In this document: piece by piece, positions 18,495 through 26,648 of the stretch
Layout: the number at the start of each line of letters is the position of its first letter
How positions within the stretch are numbered: position 1 is the first letter of the stretch
Source of the DNA: a virus
Taxonomy: Duplodnaviria > Caudoviricetes
DNA length: 64,000 nucleotides
Direction: 5' to 3' (one strand)
IMG/VR virus record: IMGVR_UViG_3300022723_000184
Location: 128,001-192,000 of that record
Position numbers and translations under genes: made by a program
Notes under the pieces: generated by a model
Databases searched by the model: none
Told to the model about the DNA's origin: nothing
The model's input: the letters and a program-made list of their open reading frames with translations, nothing else

Positions 18495-18845
18495 ATGCTT
18501 TACAGCGTCGACAAAAAGCTGATGACAAAGGTCCCGCACGCGCAGGACTACGAGACGATCCGCGGTCGGATCTCCGACCCGGAGCTGGCTGCCTTGGAAT
18601 CGGCCATCAACATGGCCCTGAACACGGCCGACGTGTTCCGGGCCCGACAACTGACACCCAATCCGATTCAGGGCTCGGTGTACGAGCCGGTCTACAACGC
18701 GGTCGGGCAGCTCGTTGAGCCGTCGTCCAAGTGGATCGGTCTGTTGATCTGGCACGTCCTGATGGAGCGGGACGACAGCTGGATGTTCCAAAACGCGGAC
18801 CCCGACGACCCGGAAGCGGGCAAGGTCTACTGGAGGATGTTCTGA
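18495..18845 (+). CDS. hypothetical protein
   Basis: ORF, tight packing. Confidence 0.65.
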   Translation: MLYSVDKKLMTKVPHAQDYETIRGRISDPELAALESAINMALNTADVFRARQLTPNPIQGSVYEPVYNAVGQLVEPSSKWIGLLIWHVLMERDDSWMFQNADPDDPEAGKVYWRMF

Positions 18846-19393
18846 TGGGGATCGTGCTCAGCAACAAGTACGGGGGGAACCCTTCGATGAACCTGTGCTA
18901 CTACTGCCAGAAGGAGGTCAGCGACATTCTTCTGATGGGCCGGATGCGGGACGACGCCGAAGCGCCTCGACAGATGACTTACCACATGGACCCCTGCAAC
19001 AAGTGCAGGGAGTTCATGCAGCAGGGGGTCATACTGATCGAGGTCACGAGCGAAGAGGAGATGGTGAAGGTCGAGCAGGAGCAGCGGGAGTGGCAGAACC
19101 AGTATGGTTACCTCCCCGACCGCAAGAAACCGTTCCCCGGCTACTTCATACCGAACCCGACGAGAGCGGGCGGCTGGTGGGTGGTCAAGGACGACCTCAT
19201 CCGCCGCACCATCGGGCGGGAGATGGCCGACTACATCATCAAGCACCGCTGGTGCTTCTTGCCGACGGAAGCGGCCAAGGCCCTAGGCCTGCGAGACGAG
19301 GAAGGAGTCATTACGACGTGTTCAAACGACTCTGGCGAAAATTCACAGGAGCCGTCATCGGAGCCCGGCGAGTCTTCCTCGTCGACCGACTGA
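18845..19393 (+). CDS. hypothetical protein with CxxC pairs
   Basis: TGATG coupling; CYYC and CNKC. Confidence 0.65.
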   Translation: MGIVLSNKYGGNPSMNLCYYCQKEVSDILLMGRMRDDAEAPRQMTYHMDPCNKCREFMQQGVILIEVTSEEEMVKVEQEQREWQNQYGYLPDRKKPFPGYFIPNPTRAGGWWVVKDDLIRRTIGREMADYIIKHRWCFLPTEAAKALGLRDEEGVITTCSNDSGENSQEPSSEPGESSSSTD

Positions 19394-19444
19394 TCGTCGT
19401 TAAAAACAACAAGGTTGTCTACGACGGGCCGTTAGGAGTGCAGG

Positions 19445-20140
19445 ATGCTTTCAGGTATTGAGATCCAGGAGGCGGTGGTCCGCCAGAACGAGTTCGAGAT
19501 CGGAAAGGCCAGGCTCGACAAGGGCATTTGCCCGTTCACCGGCAAGAAGGTCGGTGAGTTCGTGCGCAGCGGTAGGGACCAAAGGCTGGACTTCCAAAAC
19601 CAGGTGAAGAACCGGCCGAGGATCAAGATCGATCCGTTCAACGCCGGCCAGCTGAACCCCAACAGCTACAACGTGCGGCTGGCACCGGAACTCCTGGTGT
19701 ACGACATTCCCCACCACAACCAGACGCTCGGCGGGTTTGAGGCCTACGTCTACCCGCTCGACATGAAGCGGGCCAACCCGACCCGGGAACTGACCATCCC
19801 GCGGAGCGGGCTGATCCTGGAGCCCGGCGTGCTGTACCTGGGCAGCACGATCGAATACACCGAGGCCCACAACGTGGTCCCCCAGCTCAACGGCCGGTCA
19901 AGCACCGGCCGCCTGGGTCTGGATGTCCATGCCACCGCGGGCTTCGGCGACGTGGGGTTCTGTGGGACTTGGACGCTGGAGATGAGCGTGATCCACCCGC
20001 TGCGTATCTACGCCGGCGTGGAGATCGCTCAGCTGGCCTACTTCGAGATCAGTCTCAGACACGAGACGTACAGGTCGAACAAGTACCAGGGCCAGCGAGA
20101 GACCCGCGCCAGCGGGATGCACAAGGACTTTGGTGGCTAA
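19445..20140 (+). CDS. dcd: dCTP deaminase
   Basis: QLNPNSYNVRL, GRSSTGRLGL, AGFGDVGFCGTWTLE, IAQL motifs. Confidence 0.92.
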   Translation: MLSGIEIQEAVVRQNEFEIGKARLDKGICPFTGKKVGEFVRSGRDQRLDFQNQVKNRPRIKIDPFNAGQLNPNSYNVRLAPELLVYDIPHHNQTLGGFEAYVYPLDMKRANPTRELTIPRSGLILEPGVLYLGSTIEYTEAHNVVPQLNGRSSTGRLGLDVHATAGFGDVGFCGTWTLEMSVIHPLRIYAGVEIAQLAYFEISLRHETYRSNKYQGQRETRASGMHKDFGG

Positions 20141-20475
20141 TGGCTCACTTCTATGGCACCGTCGATGGGCGGAGCCGGACGGAAGGGACCAGATGCGGGA
20201 CCCGGTCATCGGGTCTCCGGACGGTGGCCGCCAGCTGGGCGGGCGCCGTACAGGTCAACCTTTACATCGACGAGAACGGGGCCGATTGCTGCGAGATCCG
20301 CTTCATCCGCTGGGAAGGTTGCGGAACCGACAAGCTGGTCTACGACGGTCCGATCGACCCTGGTGATCAGATCTCCGACCTCCTCGACCAGATCAAGGAG
20401 GAGCGGACGCTGCATCACGAAGACATCAACAAGCCGGGTCCCCGGCGTAAGGTACGGAGAGGAGCGATCACATGA
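20140..20475 (+). CDS. hypothetical protein
   Basis: MAHFYGTV..ASW pattern; TAATG coupling. Confidence 0.65.
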   Translation: MAHFYGTVDGRSRTEGTRCGTRSSGLRTVAASWAGAVQVNLYIDENGADCCEIRFIRWEGCGTDKLVYDGPIDPGDQISDLLDQIKEERTLHHEDINKPGPRRKVRRGAIT

Positions 20476-20915
20476 GCGAGGACCACAACTGGAAAGTGTT
20501 GGAAGACGCGATCGACATTGCGGCGACCGGCCACCAGAAACAGATAAGGGCCGACGGTCGACCCTACATCGTCCATCCCGTAAGGATGGCGATGCGCCTG
20601 CTGCAGAAACACGGGCCGCTGCTGGCCGCGGTGGCCATGCTCCACGACGTCGTGGAGGACACCGACTACACGCTCGACGACCTGGCCGGGCTGTTCCCGC
20701 AGCACGTGGTTAAGGCGGTCGACAACCTGACGCGGCGTGACGGCGAGACATACGATGACTTCGTCGAGCGGTGCGGGGCCAACCCCTGGTCCCGCCTAGT
20801 GAAAATGCACGACCTGCGAGACAACATGCGGGACGTGGACGAGTTCAAGCCGTCGCTCCGCAAGCGATACGACAAGGCCCTCGGCCGCCTGGAGGAGATC
20901 GATGCCCAAACATAA
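20472..20915 (+). CDS. HD-domain hydrolase, SpoT/Mesh1-like
   Basis: H..Q.R..G.PYIVHP, LHDVVEDT, VKMHDLRDN. Confidence 0.85.
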   Translation: MSEDHNWKVLEDAIDIAATGHQKQIRADGRPYIVHPVRMAMRLLQKHGPLLAAVAMLHDVVEDTDYTLDDLAGLFPQHVVKAVDNLTRRDGETYDDFVERCGANPWSRLVKMHDLRDNMRDVDEFKPSLRKRYDKALGRLEEIDAQT

Positions 20916-21315
20916 GCCCGGGATCAACCCGGCCACCCTGCGGCCCTCCAAGACGGCGGCCGGCAACTTGCTGTGCCTGACGATCTCCAGGATGGTCATC
21001 GGGAACAAGGACCAGTTCGTGCGGCGAGTGCAGTTGTCGCTGTTCGACGAGAAGACCGAGTTGTCCGTAGGCTTCGCCATGTTCCCGGAGGACCAGTTCA
21101 TCGACGCCCTGGGACACCTGTTCCCTCGGGGCGAGTTGGACGGCGCCAACCTGGAAGACGGGCCGGAGGACGTCGAACAGCTCAACAAAGAGCTGGACGG
21201 CCTCAACGACCTGATCGATGGCAACGCCTTCAACAAGGACTCTGAGAGATACCGGGCCATGGCCCGGCAGGCCGAAATCCGCGAGATCCTGGCCGAACTA
21301 AGAGAAAACACATGA
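20902..21315 (+). CDS. hypothetical protein
   Basis: ORF overlapping upstream gene, codon bias. Confidence 0.6.
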   Translation: MPKHKPGINPATLRPSKTAAGNLLCLTISRMVIGNKDQFVRRVQLSLFDEKTELSVGFAMFPEDQFIDALGHLFPRGELDGANLEDGPEDVEQLNKELDGLNDLIDGNAFNKDSERYRAMARQAEIREILAELRENT

Positions 21316-21539
21316 GCCATTTTGTGGCTTTGGTGTTCACAGACCGTGAGCCCGACCAGCACAGGTTGCAGGAAAGCCGGTCGAGTTGGAGTTCGACGGC
21401 CACGGCGGCCCCGGGTCGGCCCTCGGGGGCTGGCGGATCCTGACCGAGGTCCTCTGATGACCCTGTTCTCGGAGCGGGCCACCCGAAGGGCCTACTGGGC
21501 CCTGGGTGGTCCGGAGAACAACCGCTGCTGGCGGCCGAG

Positions 21540-21575
21540 TCGCCAACAGGCTGCTCATCGACAAGAGGATGAGAC
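21540..21575 (+). CRISPR. degenerate solitary repeat upstream of cas12m
   Basis: CTGCTCATCG-(7 nt)-GATGAGAC vs repeat CTGCTCATCG-(8 nt)-GATGAGAC; 6-bp stem intact; ends 20 nt before the ATG. Confidence 0.7.
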
Positions 21576-21595
21576 AAAAAAAAAAGGAATAGCGC

Positions 21596-23365
21596 ATGGG
21601 ATTCAATAAGGACCCAGAGGCCCGCTGTGTGGTTTACCAGTACGGCGGCAAACATCCGACGGAAAACGAAGACGAAGCGATCAACCAGCTCGCCAAGGCG
21701 AACCGTTTTCGGAACCGGCTCGTTGAGTTGGAGCTACAACGACGTGAAGAATACCACGCTGCGTTCTCGGGTTACGGAGACCTGGCGGAGCCGTCAAATC
21801 AGCTTGAGACGCTCAACGAGCAGCTGACCGCTGCGGTGGCAGAACTTAAGGCGTGGAGACAATTGAACGGCACTCGAAGTCAACACCCGACGCTAACCCC
21901 GCAGATCGTTTCGCTACGGGCTCAGGCTCGCCAGCTACGGACACAGATCAAGTCGATCAAGGAAGCGGCCAAAGGCGATCCTACGGTGCAGGCGGCAATC
22001 GAAAAAGCAAACCAGCAGCACCGAGATCAGACCAAAGCTGCGTACGGCGCTGTAAGAGAATCGAACCCGGAGGCCGAGGACGCCAGAGACCGGCATGGGT
22101 TGTTCTGGGGAACGGCCCTCCTAGTTCAAAGGGCAGCGACACAGTTCCAGAAGGGCCCTCCCCCGAGGTACAAACGTTTCGACGGGACGGGAACTATCGG
22201 CGTGCAGCTGCAGAACGGGATGTCTGTGGAGGATCTGTTCACTCCGGGCGGCAGCGTCTGGATTGACCCCGTTCCTCCGGAGGCCTGGGACCCGCAGACG
22301 CCGAGAGGTCAAAGGCGAAAACTCGCAAGAACGATGCTACACATGCGGATCGGCGGGAAGCCGCAGGCCTGGGTGATTCTAAAGCTACCTGTCACCGTGC
22401 ACAGACCGCTGCCTGCAGGAAAACTTATCAAGTGGGTCACGGTCACTCGGCGTAAGTACGGTTCACAGGCGCGGTGGTATGTAAACGTCACGACGGATAT
22501 CAGGTCTGGTGGCACGCTTCACGATGATGTTGCGGCTGCCGGATTTGTGGGTGTCGACCTGGGTTTCAGGTTGTTCAAGCCCGCAGAAAGCAGCTCAGGC
22601 AAGCGATCGCTCCGAGTGGCTGTATGGGCCGGAGATGACGGGGAGACAGGCGAACTTCGCCTCGACGCGAGGTTTATGTCCTACATCTCAAAGGCCGACG
22701 GTTTGAGGTCGATCCGGGACAAGCGGCTTGATCAGATCAGAGCGGCGCTGCTTCCGTTGTGTGACGAGGCGGGTACGCCGGAGTGGTGGAAAGACGACAC
22801 TCAACACATGGCCAAATGGAGGTCTCCTCGAAAGCTGTATCACTTGCTCCACAAGTGGAAAGACAACAGGTGGGATGGCGACAAAACGCTGTTCGATCTG
22901 TTGGTTAAGTGGGTAGTTCAGGACCGTCACCTCCACGTGTGGGAAGCCAACAATCGCCGAAAAGTAGCGGCTCGTCGCCTGGACATGTACCGGAACCTGG
23001 CGGCCTCTTTGAGGCGCAAGTACGCGGTTATCGGGATCGAAGACATCGATTGGCGGATCTGGAGCAAGTTGGCCCTGCCCGAAGAAGAGGAGACCAAGTC
23101 AAAGAAGTTCCGTGTTCAAAAGAAACATGCGGCGGTCGGTCTGCTTGCAGAGACGCTGTCGAATTGCGGGGCACAGGTTGTACGTTTGGATCCCGCTTAC
23201 ACGACGAAGCGGTGCAACGCCTGCGGCAAGATCACCGAATTTGACGCTGACCGGCACCTGCGACATACGTGCGAACATTGCCATGCGGAGTGGGACCAAG
23301 ACTACAATGCGGCAAAGAACCTGCAAGACATGGCGAGCGGCAACGCCGTAACGCAAACCGCGTAG
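21596..23365 (+). CDS. cas12m: type V CRISPR effector, Cas12m (V-U1/V-M)-like, 589 aa
   Basis: RuvC-I GVDLG, RuvC-II IGIED, zinc finger CNAC/CEHC, RuvC-III DQDYNAA; RFDGTGTIGVQLQ and WRSPR motifs recalled from Cas12m; array 137 bp downstream. Confidence 0.85.
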   Translation: MGFNKDPEARCVVYQYGGKHPTENEDEAINQLAKANRFRNRLVELELQRREEYHAAFSGYGDLAEPSNQLETLNEQLTAAVAELKAWRQLNGTRSQHPTLTPQIVSLRAQARQLRTQIKSIKEAAKGDPTVQAAIEKANQQHRDQTKAAYGAVRESNPEAEDARDRHGLFWGTALLVQRAATQFQKGPPPRYKRFDGTGTIGVQLQNGMSVEDLFTPGGSVWIDPVPPEAWDPQTPRGQRRKLARTMLHMRIGGKPQAWVILKLPVTVHRPLPAGKLIKWVTVTRRKYGSQARWYVNVTTDIRSGGTLHDDVAAAGFVGVDLGFRLFKPAESSSGKRSLRVAVWAGDDGETGELRLDARFMSYISKADGLRSIRDKRLDQIRAALLPLCDEAGTPEWWKDDTQHMAKWRSPRKLYHLLHKWKDNRWDGDKTLFDLLVKWVVQDRHLHVWEANNRRKVAARRLDMYRNLAASLRRKYAVIGIEDIDWRIWSKLALPEEEETKSKKFRVQKKHAAVGLLAETLSNCGAQVVRLDPAYTTKRCNACGKITEFDADRHLRHTCEHCHAEWDQDYNAAKNLQDMASGNAVTQTA

Positions 23366-23489
23366 CCGATCGATCTGTAGTGTGTACAAGTAGTTGTGGC
23401 GGCTACGGAGGGCCGCTGCACTTCTGTCAAGGGTGCCGACGATCGAACCGCTCGAAAACGGCCTGATAACCATGTACGCACGTGTAGGT

Positions 23490-23495
23490 TATAAT
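23490..23495 (+). promoter_or_regulatory. -10 box of the array leader
   Basis: perfect TATAAT 7 nt before repeat 1; no consensus -35. Confidence 0.6.
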
Positions 23496-23502
23496 GCCGC
23501 GG

Positions 23503-24247
23503 ATCGTAATACCTGCTCATCGGTTTAGAAGATGAGACGCGGCATTGATTGCCTTCTTGAGTTGCTGCTCCAACATCGTAATACCTGCTCATCGGTTTAG
23601 AAGATGAGACATCGCCGCATCGCTGGAAGCGGGCGTGGCGTCGGCGGATCGTAATACCTGCTCATCGGTTTAGAAGATGAGACCTTTCTCTGTGTCCGAG
23701 ATAACGGGGTCACTAATGTCATCGTAATACCTGCTCATCGGTTTGGAAGATGAGACAAGCATCCGAGCAGCCGCTACAAGGACAAGATCGGCATCGTAAT
23801 ACCTGCTCATCGGTTTAGAAGATGAGACTAGTCGGGCAATTGCTCGAACGGCACAGAGATATCGTCATCGTAATACCTGCTCATCGGTTTAGAAGATGAG
23901 ACGCTTACCGGTGGCCGAGGCCAAGGCGCGATGGAGAACATCGTAATACCTGCTCATCGGTTTAGAAGATGAGACACGGTGGATCCGGTCGAGCGGCTGA
24001 TCCTTCACATCATCGTAATACCTGCTCATCGGTTTAGAAGATGAGACCCGGTGATCGACGCGGTCCTCGAGAACGCCGAGGACATCGTAATACCTGCTCA
24101 TCGGTTTAGAAGATGAGACAAGTGGATCAGGTTCTTCTCATCGTAATACCTGCTCATTGGTTTAGAAGATGAGACGCGGACTGCCCCGAGATGCGGCGCC
24201 GGCTGTGGGTAATCGTAATACCTGCTCATCGGTTTGGAAGATGAGAC
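23503..24247 (+). CRISPR. CRISPR array, 11 x 36-bp repeats and 10 spacers (36-38 nt, one of 20 nt)
   Basis: repeat ATCGTAATACCTGCTCATCGGTTTAGAAGATGAGAC with CTCATC/GATGAG stem; single-base variants in repeats 4, 10 and 11. Confidence 0.99.
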
Positions 24248-24302
24248 GAAGATGAAACAGAAGGCGAGACAACGACTTGATCGCTAAGGATGGAGAAAAT
24301 AG

Positions 24303-24878
24303 ATGACGACAACCAAAAAGACCCCGCGAGACATGTTGCGGGAAAGTCTGGCCAACCACAGGCTGGTTGAGCTAGTCCGGACGACGGAGGCCGTGGTCTT
24401 CTCGCTCCAACGCGAAGGGACCAGAAACATGTCGACGATGATCACGTTCACCCGCGAGGGGATCGTGCTCCAAGGAGACCTGACGCCTCAGACCTACGGG
24501 TCGGTTAGCGCCAAAGGCTACGGCGAGCGGTGGTTCGCTAGCAAGCTCAGCGTCAGCTATCTCTGCGAGAAGTTCTTGCAGCGGAAGTTCCGCCTGGAGC
24601 TGTTCAAGCATGCTCTTGGAGATTCTGGGTGGCGGTGCGCCGCGGGGATCTCCGAGGAGAACGCCAACCAAATCGCCAGCGAGACCGAGCTGGAATGCGG
24701 GTGCGACGCCTACGGGAAGCTAATGGACCTCGGCCTCGACCCTGATACCGTTCCAGGCGTCGGCTACGATCCTCGGGAGGCCGACGTCCTGTGCGAGATA
24801 CAACGGCGGTTCGCCGAGCTGCACCGAGAGATATACGGAGACCAGGTGCCCGAGATCCGGGTACCTGAACGATCATGA
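24303..24878 (+). CDS. hypothetical protein
   Basis: RBS GGAG; GIVLQGDL and YLCEK motifs. Confidence 0.7.
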   Translation: MTTTKKTPRDMLRESLANHRLVELVRTTEAVVFSLQREGTRNMSTMITFTREGIVLQGDLTPQTYGSVSAKGYGERWFASKLSVSYLCEKFLQRKFRLELFKHALGDSGWRCAAGISEENANQIASETELECGCDAYGKLMDLGLDPDTVPGVGYDPREADVLCEIQRRFAELHREIYGDQVPEIRVPERS

Positions 24879-25141
24879 ACCAAGAAAACCTGGCCCCATT
24901 CAGGGCCGTTATCGTGGCCGAGATCCGGACCACGCTTTCCGTTAAAGGTCTGAACGACCCACCAGAGGCCCTCGTCGACGAGCTGTTATCGCTTCCCAGG
25001 GTTGTCGAGACCAGTAACTACACGTCGCTCGACGTCGTGTTGAGCTATGTGGGAATCGGGGAGCTGGAGCTGCGCCTGACCTCGGACAAGGTCGATATCA
25101 TGAGGGTGATCCAGAAGCACGAATCTCGGGCCTCATCCTGA
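24875..25141 (+). CDS. hypothetical protein
   Basis: ATGA coupling. Confidence 0.55.
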   Translation: MNQENLAPFRAVIVAEIRTTLSVKGLNDPPEALVDELLSLPRVVETSNYTSLDVVLSYVGIGELELRLTSDKVDIMRVIQKHESRASS

Positions 25142-25213
25142 CGGGTGCTCGGGGAGAAGAGATTCCACTACAGGTGCTCGGGGAACATGAAGGCGGTGTA
25201 GCGACGCCAGGGA

Positions 25214-25330
25214 GTGGTCGCGAAGCGACCACCGGCTTCATGTTTATTTAGGACCTTAATACCAGCGCCCTGACGGGCTGGTGTTAGTATACTCTCTATC
25301 TAAGATAGAGAGTAGGTTTAATTAAACCTA
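25214..25330. other. cluster of inverted repeats in an AT-rich intergenic island
   Basis: GTGGTCGC-GAA-GCGACCAC; TACTCTCTATC-TAA-GATAGAGAGTA; palindrome TAGGTTTAATTAAACCTA. Confidence 0.85.
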
Positions 25331-25340
25331 TAGGGAGATC

Positions 25341-26165
25341 ATGGTCGACACACCTTTCACCTATAAACCTATGCCATACGTCGGTCTGGAGGCTGCCAGG
25401 GAGGCGGTTCTCAAGCCGATCTTGAAGGGCATACGCAAGGAGAAGGCCCTCAAACGCCCGCTCGACGAGCAGCACGCGATGCTTCAAAAGCTGTGGCGCC
25501 TTCGGGCCTTGGTCCTTGGAGAACACAACTGGTCCCGGGCCGAGCACGGCCGGGGCCTCCAGTACCTCCGCAACTGCCCGCCGTTCGGTGTCCACTACGG
25601 CGAGCGGAGCCGTGCCCGGCACTGTGGTGCGGTCAAGGTCTGCCCCAACTGCTTCGCGAGGCGCAATGTGATGGCCGCCTTCCGGTCAACCGAGTGGTTG
25701 TTCTATCTCAAGAACAACAAGCCGGTCATCGCCTACGACCTGGTGTGCATCCGCCGGACATGGGTTCGGGACGTGGAACTGAGCCAGGCCCTGGAGATGG
25801 GTCGGGCCAACCGGAACATGTACCTAGGCAAGTTCACGAAGCCGGCAGGGGGCATCACACTGACCACGCTGGAGCCGGCCAAGACCGGTTGGCAGCTGGC
25901 CCTGGCCACGATCGTCGCGGCCCGCGAAGAGGACCTGCCCGACCTGGGCCAGGCCGACGTCCAGCGTCTGGGTGTCGATCACATGACCAAACGCCGCATG
26001 GCCCGGATGATCGGATGGGCCATGCGCTACCCGCTGGGCATGATGTACGGCTCTGAGGGCCGGGCAGCCCAAATGCTGACCGTGGCCGGCGAGGCCCGAA
26101 CCCGTCAGCTGGTGTCTTCGGGCGCCATGCGGAACGAAGGAGTCCGGAAGATGTCTTTCCGGTGA
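25341..26165 (+). CDS. hypothetical protein with C-x5-CPxC motif
   Basis: HCGAVKVCPNCFARR; RBS GGGAG. Confidence 0.7.
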   Translation: MVDTPFTYKPMPYVGLEAAREAVLKPILKGIRKEKALKRPLDEQHAMLQKLWRLRALVLGEHNWSRAEHGRGLQYLRNCPPFGVHYGERSRARHCGAVKVCPNCFARRNVMAAFRSTEWLFYLKNNKPVIAYDLVCIRRTWVRDVELSQALEMGRANRNMYLGKFTKPAGGITLTTLEPAKTGWQLALATIVAAREEDLPDLGQADVQRLGVDHMTKRRMARMIGWAMRYPLGMMYGSEGRAAQMLTVAGEARTRQLVSSGAMRNEGVRKMSFR

Positions 26166-26169
26166 ATCC

Positions 26170-26183
26170 AAAAAGGACTTTTT
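26170..26183. promoter_or_regulatory. one-mismatch copy of the AAAAAGTACTTTTT palindrome
   Basis: AAAAAGGACTTTTT, intergenic. Confidence 0.6.
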
Positions 26184-26216
26184 AGATGTCGAATCAATAC
26201 AGTTGCCGGCCCGTCG

Positions 26217-26648
26217 ATGAAAGCGAGGCCCGAGATGGGTAAGCGGTCAAAATTGAAAAGACGAGTCGACGCTTGTCAAGGTGGCCAGACCTTGTTGATC
26301 TGGACCGAATCGTACAACCCGTTCCAGTTGGGTGGCTACGTTCATGGTCCGGTCGGGATCCATGTCAAGGTCGGCCAGCGACTGCCGTTGGGTAAGGGCT
26401 ACTACGGTTACCTCGTGGTCAACCCGTTGAACGGTGAGACCCACGTGGCTGAGGAGCTGACCGGGGCCCTTATAGGTCCTAGCCTGGCGTCGGTCCGTAA
26501 AGACGTGGCCGCGGGTGACGGTAGGACCATGAAGAACCAGATCGATGCGGCACTAGCTCGCAAGGCGGGGGTAGTAGTGGTCCAGGACGAAGAGGATTTT
26601 TGGCAGCGGCTGCAGCCGACTGTCGTCGACGAAAGTGAGGAGGAATAG
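26217..26648 (+). CDS. hypothetical protein
   Basis: ORF, tight packing. Confidence 0.6.
   Translation: MKARPEMGKRSKLKRRVDACQGGQTLLIWTESYNPFQLGGYVHGPVGIHVKVGQRLPLGKGYYGYLVVNPLNGETHVAEELTGALIGPSLASVRKDVAAGDGRTMKNQIDAALARKAGVVVVQDEEDFWQRLQPTVVDESEEE

Noticed and set aside
21596-23365. Reading the effector as an ordinary IS200/IS605 TnpB
   Set aside because: Much longer than typical TnpB, no tnpA or IS ends seen, Cas12m-type N-terminal motifs, and a bona fide array follows.
23539-23574. Spacer 1 (reverse strand encodes LEQQLKKAINA) targeting the AAA ATPase start (MKLKKAIEEA)
   Set aside because: Five-residue protein coincidence with poor nucleotide identity.
24120-24139. Spacer 9 (KWIRFF) matching terminase GWLRFF near 12185
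   Set aside because: Only 12/20 nucleotide identity; cannot be called a target, though a related phage's terL is not excluded.
23502-24211. Repeat being 37 bp with a leading C
   Set aside because: Only 8 of 11 copies are preceded by C (others G, G, A); the bias fits GC-rich codon positions at spacer ends.
24248-25141. cas1/cas2/cas4 or a tracrRNA next to the array
   Set aside because: Downstream ORFs show no such motifs, and no extended anti-repeat was seen near the locus.
25255-25266. CTTAATACCAGC resembling the 5' part of the repeat
   Set aside because: Short match with no stem or GATGAGAC end.
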